Shown: positions 23,210-30,271 of the stretch, piece after piece
Position numbering within the stretch: position 1 is the stretch's first letter
Layout of the letters: the number at the start of each line of letters is the position of its first letter
NCBI GenBank assembly: GCA_001552015.1
Contig: CP010514.1
Location: 480,001 to 512,000 of the forward strand
DNA from: Candidatus Nanopusillus acidilobi
GTDB taxonomy: Archaea > Nanobdellota > Nanobdellia > Nanobdellales > Nanobdellaceae
DNA length: 32,000 nt
Direction of reading: 5' to 3'
Program-made: the position numbers and the translations under genes
Notes under the pieces: model-generated
Seen by the model: the letters and a program-made list of their open reading frames with translations, nothing else
Databases searched by the model: none
Told to the model about the DNA's origin: nothing

Positions 23210-23734
23210 CTATTTAAATTTTTTGTTCAATTCCATTACTTTTGCCAATTCATCTTCCTTTATTGAGAAATTATTTAATAATTGATTTATTAATTCTTCT
23301 ATTTTACTTTCTTCAATATTTTTTGCCTTCATTTTTCTTTTTATAATTTCTATTCTATTTTTATCCTTTAAATTCAATCTTAATATTAATAATTTTGAAC
23401 TATGAAGAGGTCTATACACTTCTTTATTTGCCTTATTTGTAAATTTAACATTATCTACATATACCTTATATTTTTTTCTATCTATATATATTACAAATCC
23501 TTCAGTATTTCTATATTTACCTCTTAAAACTTTAACATAATCTCCAACCCTTAAGGGTAAAGAATTTATATTGATTAATTTTTTTATATCCTTTGATAAC
23601 ATTGAAGAAATTATCTTACCCCTAATATGCAAGGGAGCATTTATTATATATTTTCTCTGTTTTCTAGAACTTTTAGAAGATTTCCAAGATGAACTCCAAT
23701 CTTTATAATCAATATTTTTTATCTTTAGAACCAT
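23210..23734 (-). CDS. rpl24: Ribosomal protein L24 (uL24) with N- and C-terminal extensions
   Basis: 174 aa. The core SRKQRKYIINAPLHIRGKIISSMLSKD...LRVGDYVKVLRGKYRNTEGFVIYID (KOW) matches uL24. About 45 extra Lys/Glu-rich residues follow the conserved ...LILRLNLKDKNR end. Confidence 0.85.
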   Translation of the reverse strand: MVLKIKNIDYKDWSSSWKSSKSSRKQRKYIINAPLHIRGKIISSMLSKDIKKLININSLPLRVGDYVKVLRGKYRNTEGFVIYIDRKKYKVYVDNVKFTNKANKEVYRPLHSSKLLILRLNLKDKNRIEIIKRKMKAKNIEESKIEELINQLLNNFSIKEDELAKVMELNKKFK

Positions 23735-23735
23735 C

Positions 23736-24140
23736 TTATATAACTATACTTGCAATTTTTCCAATTTCTGGCCATCTTTCAACAACCTCTCTTGCTACAG
23801 GTCCTCTAATAACTGTACCTGCTGGTGTTCCAGTTTTTTCATCTTTTATAATTATACATGCATTATCCTCAAACTTTATCCTTGTACCATCCTTCCTTCT
23901 ATATTCTTTTCTCTGTCTAATTATAACTGCTTTCATAACCTTTCCAACTAATGATAAATCTCCATCTATTATTGATACAGAAACCATATCAGCAACTCCA
24001 GCTCTAGCATATCTTCTCTTTATACCCTTATATCCAATTACAGAAACTACTTTTGCTAGTTTTGCCTTTGAATTATCTGCAACCTTTAAAATTGTACCAA
24101 CAGTAATTCCCTTGGTTACTCTAGCACTAATTGGCTTCAT
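23736..24140 (-). CDS. rpl14: Ribosomal protein L14 (uL14)
   Basis: 134 aa. GTILKVADNSKAKLAKVVSV...AGVADMVSVSI...AVIIRQRKEYRRKDGTRIKFEDNACIII matches uL14. Confidence 0.9.
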   Translation of the reverse strand: MKPISARVTKGITVGTILKVADNSKAKLAKVVSVIGYKGIKRRYARAGVADMVSVSIIDGDLSLVGKVMKAVIIRQRKEYRRKDGTRIKFEDNACIIIKDEKTGTPAGTVIRGPVAREVVERWPEIGKIASIVI

Positions 24141-24472
24141 TTTTTACTAATTACAACAAAGTGAATTGTCTTTGATATTGGCCTTGTTTCTCCAATAATA
24201 ACTTCATCCCCTTCCTTTATATCTAAACATTTTGGAATATGAGCCTTAATTTTTGATCTTCTTATCATATATCTTTCATATTTTGGAATATAATAGTATC
24301 TATAAAAGGTTACTAAAGCAATTCTTCTTCTAACTCTCTCAACTTTTCCTTCAAATAAGAATCCTCTAATTCTTATTTCCCCATGCCATGGACACTTTTT
24401 ATCATCACAAACTTTTTCAGGTGGATTTATACCTTCAATTCCTATATTCTTAACATGAGTCTTCTGTACCAT
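24137..24472 (-). CDS. rps17: Ribosomal protein S17 (uS17)
   Basis: 111 aa. CDDKKCPWHGEIRIRGFLFEGKVE...YYIPKYERYMIRRSKIKAHIP...EGDEVIIGETRPISKTIHFVV matches uS17. Confidence 0.9.
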   Translation of the reverse strand: MVQKTHVKNIGIEGINPPEKVCDDKKCPWHGEIRIRGFLFEGKVERVRRRIALVTFYRYYYIPKYERYMIRRSKIKAHIPKCLDIKEGDEVIIGETRPISKTIHFVVISKK

Positions 24473-24519
24473 TTTATGATTAAATTATAAATAGATTTAA
24501 AAATAATATTTCTAGAGAA

Positions 24520-24568
24520 ATGATGATGGATCAACGATCTGAATGGTGATGATTGATGGGCAAACTGA
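24520..24568 (+). ncRNA. C/D-box sRNA (canonical archaeal architecture)
   Basis: C box AUGAUGA 24520-24526; 12-nt guide UGGAUCAACGAU; D' CUGA 24539-24542; C' GUGAUGA 24546-24552; 12-nt guide UUGAUGGGCAAA; D CUGA 24565-24568. It is intergenic, between rps17 and the 5S gene. Confidence 0.8.
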
Positions 24569-24703
24569 AAATTTATAAAGTTTTTAATAATAGTTTTAAA
24601 CCTTCCTTAATATAATCTTCATTTATTTTATCAATAGTATTTGAATTTGAATAACTTAAGTCAATAAAAATTCAATATTCATTTAAAAATCTTTATAAAT
24701 TTA

Positions 24704-24820
24704 GTCGGGCGGCTTCCGTGCTTTCCCAGCTACCGCCAGTACTCACACGGACGTGGGCCGGCTTAACTTCCGTGTTCGAAATGGGTACGGGTGTTTCCCG
24801 GCCACTTTGGCCGCCCTAAG
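24704..24820 (-). rRNA. rrf: 5S rRNA (orphan, not linked to 16S/23S in this window)
   Basis: The minus strand reads GGGCGGCCAAAGUGGCCGGGAAACACCCGUACCCAUUUCGAACACGGAAGUUAAGCC...GCCGCCCGAC. It has the conserved CCCAUUUCGAAC-CGGAAGUUAAGC core and a terminal helix GGGCGGC/GCCGCCC. The ends are approximate to within a few nt. Confidence 0.9.
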
Positions 24821-24843
24821 ATTATTTTTAAAATAAATATTTT

Positions 24844-25161
24844 TTAAATCTTTCTTATTATAAACCTTTTTACCCTATTACAATATAAACATTTATATAT
24901 AATTCTACCTTTTCTTACCCTTATCTGCAATGTTTTTCCAACAACCCAAGGAGTATAACATTTTTTACAAAATTTATTCCTCAATTCCTTTGGTAATTTT
25001 ATTCTTGCTTTATTTTTTATCTTCCATAGTATAAATATATATCTTCTAGCTAACTCAATATTATCTATATTTTCTAAAGCTAATTTATATAATTCAAAAA
25101 TTCTTCTTTTTGCTATATTTTTATAGATTGTATTGTATTTCCTTTTCTTCATTCTTATCAA
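24844..25161 (-). CDS. rnp4: RNase P protein component 4 (Rpp21/Rnp4)
   Basis: 105 aa. IAKRRIFELYKLA...ELARRYIFILWKIKNKARIKLPKELRNKFCKKCYTPWVVG...IRVRKGRIIYKCLYCNRVKR has the N-terminal helices plus the CxxC...CxxC zinc ribbon of Rpp21. The start may be the second Met (25152). Confidence 0.8.
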   Translation of the reverse strand: MIRMKKRKYNTIYKNIAKRRIFELYKLALENIDNIELARRYIFILWKIKNKARIKLPKELRNKFCKKCYTPWVVGKTLQIRVRKGRIIYKCLYCNRVKRFIIRKI

Positions 25162-25471
25162 GGTTCTTTACATAAAATACAATATTGTCTCCTAAATGAT
25201 GATTTACCTTTGGTATAAGAACCTCAATAGTTTCTTTCCTATATTTATCTATAGATATTACTACTGGAGAAGTTAAATTATAACGAATTCTAAATTTTAA
25301 TGCCTCATATTGATCTTTTATATTTATATATTTAGTTCCTACTTCAAATTTTCTAACATAAGGAGAATGATTTTTAATTGTAATTAAAACTTTCTTTTCA
25401 TAAATTATATTATTTACATCAAAAGATGTTTTTATTTCTACATTCCATACATCCATTAATTCTTCACTCAT
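25121..25471 (-). CDS. Hypothetical protein (116 aa)
   Basis: ORF track. It looks beta-rich and no motif was recognised. It overlaps pth2 by 4 nt upstream and the rnp4 ORF by about 40 nt downstream. Confidence 0.45.
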   Translation of the reverse strand: MSEELMDVWNVEIKTSFDVNNIIYEKKVLITIKNHSPYVRKFEVGTKYINIKDQYEALKFRIRYNLTSPVVISIDKYRKETIEVLIPKVNHHLGDNIVFYVKNLDKNEEKEIQYNL

Positions 25472-25821
25472 AATAATTTTAATGAACCAGTTACTTTATT
25501 AATCTTTTCTTCTATATCTGGGCCTATACCTATACAAGTAATAGTTCCAGGCTCTAATTGAGTTAATCCTGCATCTTTTATTAAAACAGTATTTAAATCT
25601 AAAGATATAGATTGATTATATATATTCATTAATTCATCTAAATTCCTTACATATACAACAATTTTCTTTGCACCTTCCTCCCTCCATTTTTCTACTATAT
25701 CTTTATCCTTTTCTAATTGATTTAAAACAGCTTCAACAGCAGCATGAGCTACCTGGGTACATAATTTCCCTTTTCCAATGTCCAAATCTTTTCTAACTAC
25801 AATTACTAATTTATATACCAT
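25468..25821 (-). CDS. pth2: Peptidyl-tRNA hydrolase, archaeal type (Pth2)
   Basis: 117 aa. KLVIVVRKDLDIGKGKLCTQVAHAAVEA...IKDAGLTQLEPGTITCIGIGP matches Pth2. Confidence 0.9.
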   Translation of the reverse strand: MVYKLVIVVRKDLDIGKGKLCTQVAHAAVEAVLNQLEKDKDIVEKWREEGAKKIVVYVRNLDELMNIYNQSISLDLNTVLIKDAGLTQLEPGTITCIGIGPDIEEKINKVTGSLKLL

Positions 25822-26173
25822 CTAATTCCTTTAATTTTTCCAATAATAATTTGTATCTATAATTATCTATCTTTTCATTTATATATTCTTCATTTAATTT
25901 CTTATTTATTTCATTTAGCTTTTTATTTATCTCATCTAATAAATTATATATGTTTTTTATATCATTTGAAATATTATTATATTTATCTTCTAACAAATTC
26001 AATCTATCTTCAATTCTTTTATTTTCTGCCTTGTTATTTTCAATTTCGGATTTTAATTTATCTATATCTTCTTTTATACTATCTAAATATTTTTTAAAAC
26101 CAAGTAGAACTTCATTATATTTTTCAAGTCCCAGTAAATTGTTAATTATTTTATCATAATCTGTATCACCCAT
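25811..26173 (-). CDS. Coiled-coil protein (120 aa), function unknown
   Basis: ORF track. It has heptad-like Lys/Glu/Asn/Leu periodicity and a tandem INKKLNE-INKKLNE repeat. No family recognised. Confidence 0.45.
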   Translation of the reverse strand: MGDTDYDKIINNLLGLEKYNEVLLGFKKYLDSIKEDIDKLKSEIENNKAENKRIEDRLNLLEDKYNNISNDIKNIYNLLDEINKKLNEINKKLNEEYINEKIDNYRYKLLLEKLKELDGI

Positions 26174-26195
26174 ATAGTTTAATATTTTTTAGATA

Positions 26196-26729
26196 TTGAT
26201 AAAAATTATGATAATTAGACTTCATCAAGCATTATCATCATTTATAACATATCTTATATTTTTCTATATATTTGATTTTGATAAAATATCTTCAATAATT
26301 ATATCAATAATAGTTGGGCTTATTTGCGTACTACCAGATTATGATTATAAAATTTATAACTGGGCAAATAAACAATATGAGATTATTAAAAAATCAAAAA
26401 TTTTAAAATATCTATTATATCCATATTATTTATTTATTTTATTTTTACTGAAATTATTTAAACATAGAGGCTTTACTCATTCTATATTCCCAATAATAAT
26501 ATTTTTTCTTTTAGGATTTTTTATAATGAAAATATTTTATTTATTTTCTTTAGCATTTTTATTACATATTATTGAGGATTCATTAACAGTATCTGGAATT
26601 ACTCCATTATATCCATTATCAAACTATAAATTTGTTATACCAATTTTAAATAATAGAAAAAATAGAAAATTACAAGAGTATCTATCCTATATAACTTATA
26701 TTATATTTTTTGCAATAATTCTCTTATGA
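26196..26729 (+). CDS. Membrane-bound metal-dependent hydrolase family protein (DUF457/YdjM-like)
   Basis: 177 aa and polytopic. The motifs HRGFTHS and HIIEDSLTVSGITPLYP are characteristic of DUF457. The track start is a TTG; the first ATG is at 26208. Confidence 0.7.
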   Translation: MIKIMIIRLHQALSSFITYLIFFYIFDFDKISSIIISIIVGLICVLPDYDYKIYNWANKQYEIIKKSKILKYLLYPYYLFILFLLKLFKHRGFTHSIFPIIIFFLLGFFIMKIFYLFSLAFLLHIIEDSLTVSGITPLYPLSNYKFVIPILNNRKNRKLQEYLSYITYIIFFAIILL

Positions 26730-27256
26730 GGATATTTATAGCAATAGATCTACCAGAAAAGATAAAAGATGAAATAGAGAAAATCAGAAAGGGTTTAAGA
26801 GGTATATATGGGAAACCTGTTGAAAGAGAAAATTTTCATATAACATTAAAATTTATTGGAGATGTACAGCCAAATATATTTGAAAAAATAAAAGAAGAAT
26901 TAAAAAATATAAATTATAATAAATTTAGTATAAAAATTGGTAATATTGGAACATTTGGAGATAGAGTAGTTTGGATAGGTGTATATGAAGGATATGAAGA
27001 TATAATTAATTTACATAATTTAATAGATGAACAACTATATAAAATAAAAATTGATAGAGACTACAATTTTTCTCCGCATATTACATTATATAGAATAAAA
27101 GAAATAATAAATAAAAAAGAATTTAAAGAATCAATTGAAAAATTATCTAAATATATATCTGATGATATTTTAATAGATAGATTTTATATAAAGCAAAGTA
27201 TATTAAGACCTGAAGGTCCCTTATATATAAATATGGCGGAATACAAATTATTATAA
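26726..27256 (+). CDS. thpR: RNA 2',3'-cyclic phosphodiesterase / 2'-5' RNA ligase (2H superfamily)
   Basis: 176 aa with the two H-x-T-x motifs HITLKF and HITLYR at typical spacing. Confidence 0.85.
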   Translation: MRIFIAIDLPEKIKDEIEKIRKGLRGIYGKPVERENFHITLKFIGDVQPNIFEKIKEELKNINYNKFSIKIGNIGTFGDRVVWIGVYEGYEDIINLHNLIDEQLYKIKIDRDYNFSPHITLYRIKEIINKKEFKESIEKLSKYISDDILIDRFYIKQSILRPEGPLYINMAEYKLL

Positions 27257-27281
27257 ATATTATTGATAATCTATTTCTATA

Positions 27282-27479
27282 ATGGCTTCAAACTTATTAC
27301 CAGAGATTAAAGCAAGAAAATTCGATAGGATATTTATATGCAGAAAATGTGGAGCTAGGATTAGAGCAAATCCTGAAAAAGTAAGAGCAGGTCTTGTTAG
27401 ATGTAGAAGATGTAAATCAACAGCATTAAGACCAAAGAAATCAGAAATTACGTTGGTTACTGGAAAAACAGCTAAGTAA
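27282..27479 (+). CDS. rpl40e: Ribosomal protein L40e (eL40)
   Basis: 65 aa. KARKFDRIFICRKCGARIRAN...RCRRCKSTALRPKK matches the eL40 zinc ribbon. Confidence 0.85.
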   Translation: MASNLLPEIKARKFDRIFICRKCGARIRANPEKVRAGLVRCRRCKSTALRPKKSEITLVTGKTAK

Positions 27480-27610
27480 ATGAGTTATAATCTATATATA
27501 TCAAACAGCAGTATTTTTAGCATATTAATAATTTTTTTAGCTATCATATAATATTTATACTTCTAAAAATTTTTAAAAAAGAAAATACTGATTATAAATT
27601 TATTTATGGA

Positions 27611-28583
27611 ATGTTTAGGACAAAAAAATTAATGGAAATAATGAAAAAAATATCTAATTCAAAATTTTCTAAATTTTTATCCATATCATCATTAATTTTA
27701 GGTCCTATATTAAATATCGTTAGCGGTTTTCTTCTTATTTTTTGGAATTTTAACAAAAACTCCAACATATGCCCCAGCATTACCTGGTATATCATATGGT
27801 CCTATAACATTACCTATAGCACAAACAATAATTGCAATCTTCATAGCAGCATTTATACATGAGTTCTCGCATGGTGTTTTAGTATATAAAAATAACTTAG
27901 ATTTAAAATCTTGGGGATTCTTTTATTTAGGACCATTAATAGGTGCTTTTGTTGAACCTGATGAGAAAGAAATTGAGAAATTGAATAAAAAAGAACAGAT
28001 AAAAATATATAGTGCAGGTGCTGCTATAAATATAATTGCTGGATTAATATTTCTACTACTATTTCTATTTTCTATATATATAATTTCTATATTTAATTTA
28101 GCAACACCATATGTAAAGATATTATATACTCTCCCAAATACATATGCATATAATGTTATCCCAAATAATACAATTTTATATTCTATCAATGGAAATCAAA
28201 TATTATACTTAAATCAAATTGAAAATGCTTTAAATAATACAGAACCTGGTGAATATATTTTATTGAATACAAGTGCAGGATTATTTAATATTAAGTTAAC
28301 TAATAAAGATGGTAAACCATTTATAGGAATTGTAACTGAACAAGAATATAATTATAAAATTCCTGGAACTGATTTTTTTGAATCATTATTATTTTGGTTA
28401 TTTGTAATAAATGTTGGACTTGGAATTGGTAATATGATACCAATATATCCATTAGATGGAGGAAAAACGATGGAATCTATATTAGAAATATTCTTGGATA
28501 AAAAAGAATCGAAAATGATTACTACATCTATATCTATAATATTATTAGTCCTAATATTATATAATATATCTTTTATTCTCTAG
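27611..28583 (+). CDS. M50-family site-2 protease with PDZ domain, reading frame interrupted by a 1-nt frameshift in the T6 run at 27738-27743
   Basis: Frame A (27611-) gives a plausible N-terminal TM segment, MFRTKK...LILGPILNIVSGFLLIF, then turns to junk and stops at 27862. Frame B, open from 27714, reads GILTKTPTYAPALPG...IAAFIHEFSHGVL (HExxH) and continues into the track ORF 27981-28583. That region carries a PDZ-like segment and NVGLGIGNMIPIYPLDGG. Frame B has no ATG/GTG/TTG before the HExxH. Deleting one T restores a 323-aa protein. Confidence 0.75.
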
Positions 28584-29145
28584 AAACTTTCCTCATAAAT
28601 ATTTTATCAGTTAATAGATTATATATATCACCAACATAATCTACCTTTCTTCTTATATCATAATTTTTAAATTCCATATATAACATGTTTTGATATATTT
28701 CATATATAATTTCTCTAGCTCTCTCAGCAAACTCTAAATTATTCTTTAGCATTTCTTCTATTGATTTTCTATATAGTTCCCCAACAAAATCCATCAATCC
28801 CATAATATATGAATACTCATCAACATTTAATTCATCATTTTTTGGTATTCTATTATTTAATATAAAATTATAGAATATTTTTGCTTCTGCATATTCTTGA
28901 TAACTTATCATGGCATTATTATATAATCTGGGTTCTTCTCTTACAATTTTGTCCATTTCTTCTTTATACTTATCCATTTCGATCATATATTCATTTGCAG
29001 ATTTTATATCACCTCTTATTACTGAATATATTATTGATTTTGATGTTCTATTTAATTTTACTCCTACTTCAATTATTTTATCTTTTTTATCTTCAAATTC
29101 TCTAAATTTTTCTTTTAAATTTTCTATATATTCTTTTTCTATCAT
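28573..29145 (-). CDS. Translin-family protein (COG2178)
   Basis: 190 aa and all-helical. YSYIMGLMDFVGELYRKSIE matches the translin GL-D--GEL-R motif. Confidence 0.7.
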   Translation of the reverse strand: MIEKEYIENLKEKFREFEDKKDKIIEVGVKLNRTSKSIIYSVIRGDIKSANEYMIEMDKYKEEMDKIVREEPRLYNNAMISYQEYAEAKIFYNFILNNRIPKNDELNVDEYSYIMGLMDFVGELYRKSIEEMLKNNLEFAERAREIIYEIYQNMLYMEFKNYDIRRKVDYVGDIYNLLTDKIFMRKVSRE

Positions 29146-29149
29146 TCCT

Positions 29150-30271
29150 TTATTTTGAGAATAAATGTTTTATATACATTGTGGCAAAAGAACCTTTATC
29201 CAAGATAAAAGAAATTGCTATAATATTATCCTTTATATTATATTCCAGGTTTCTTATTTCTGATAGAATATTTCTTTCTGTTGATAATAATGTTAAAGAT
29301 GGTTTATCTTCAAATTTTAGTTCTTCATAATTTATTCCTTCTTCATTTAATATATCTTTATATATATTCTTATCTTTTATATCATATCCAATTAATGGAA
29401 ATTTTATATCCTTTAATTTTTCAATTTCTTTTTTATCCTTAATTATATAAAATCTTCCAATTTTTGTTTCTATAAAATAATTTTCTCCATAATTATTTTT
29501 TATATAATTAGATAATAATTTATTCCATAAGTATGATTGATATGAATGAACAAACATCTTTAATATTCTCTTTGGTATATATTTTAATGCCCTTTTATAA
29601 TTTCTCTCTTTTGATAAATAATTTAATAATGATCTTTCAACATCCAAATAATTTGGAAATATTCTCAATGCTTCTTTAAATTTACTCCAATTTTCATATA
29701 AAAATTTTCTTGCCTTTATTGCGTCCTCGCTTTTTTCATTTTTATAATCTGTTAAAAATATTTTTATTGCATTTTCGTAATTCCTTTTAATTATATATTT
29801 CCCAATTATATAATTATTTCCCCTATTTCCAAATCTTTGATCATCAAAATAATTGAAATAATATTTATCAAATGTTTCTATATTTTTATTGAATATATTA
29901 ATTTCTTCATTGCTTAATTCTCTTATAGTTATTCTAAAATAGTTATATTTTATATCAGAAATCTTTAGTGGTTCATCATATGATCCTACATATTTTAAAT
30001 ATACATTCCCAAAATTATATTCATCTTTAAAATCATTAAAATTTCTTATAGCAATATATTGTTCTGATAATGTATTTTTATCTTTTTCTCCTGCAAAATA
30101 TATTTTTCTTTTTGAAATATGTAATTTCCTTGCAATTATTTTAATTGCATTTATTGTATTTATATTTCTTTTTCTCATTAAAAAATATCTAAATGTTTCC
30201 CCCTCTTTCTTTTTATCTAAATCAATTATTTCTTTAACAATAAAATCCTCTGGTTTTTCTTTTATTTTCAT
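29150..30271 (-). CDS. truD: tRNA pseudouridine synthase D (TruD/Pus7 family)
   Basis: 373 aa. N-terminal KPEDFIVKEI, the catalytic region FAGEKDKNTLSEQYI, and NYFDDQRFG fit the TruD family. Confidence 0.85.
   Translation of the reverse strand: MKIKEKPEDFIVKEIIDLDKKKEGETFRYFLMRKRNINTINAIKIIARKLHISKRKIYFAGEKDKNTLSEQYIAIRNFNDFKDEYNFGNVYLKYVGSYDEPLKISDIKYNYFRITIRELSNEEINIFNKNIETFDKYYFNYFDDQRFGNRGNNYIIGKYIIKRNYENAIKIFLTDYKNEKSEDAIKARKFLYENWSKFKEALRIFPNYLDVERSLLNYLSKERNYKRALKYIPKRILKMFVHSYQSYLWNKLLSNYIKNNYGENYFIETKIGRFYIIKDKKEIEKLKDIKFPLIGYDIKDKNIYKDILNEEGINYEELKFEDKPSLTLLSTERNILSEIRNLEYNIKDNIIAISFILDKGSFATMYIKHLFSK

Noticed and set aside
23689-24150. 153-aa + strand ORF in the track
   Set aside because: It lies exactly antisense to the unambiguous uL14 gene (23736-24140) and the start of uL24. 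Its product is low-complexity and hydrophobic with no motif. This is a shadow ORF.
27981-28583. Treating the 200-aa track ORF (TTG start) as a complete stand-alone gene
   Set aside because: It would lack the HExxH catalytic motif, which lies upstream in the same frame with no start codon. The gene is better explained as one M50 protease interrupted by a frameshift at 27738-27743.
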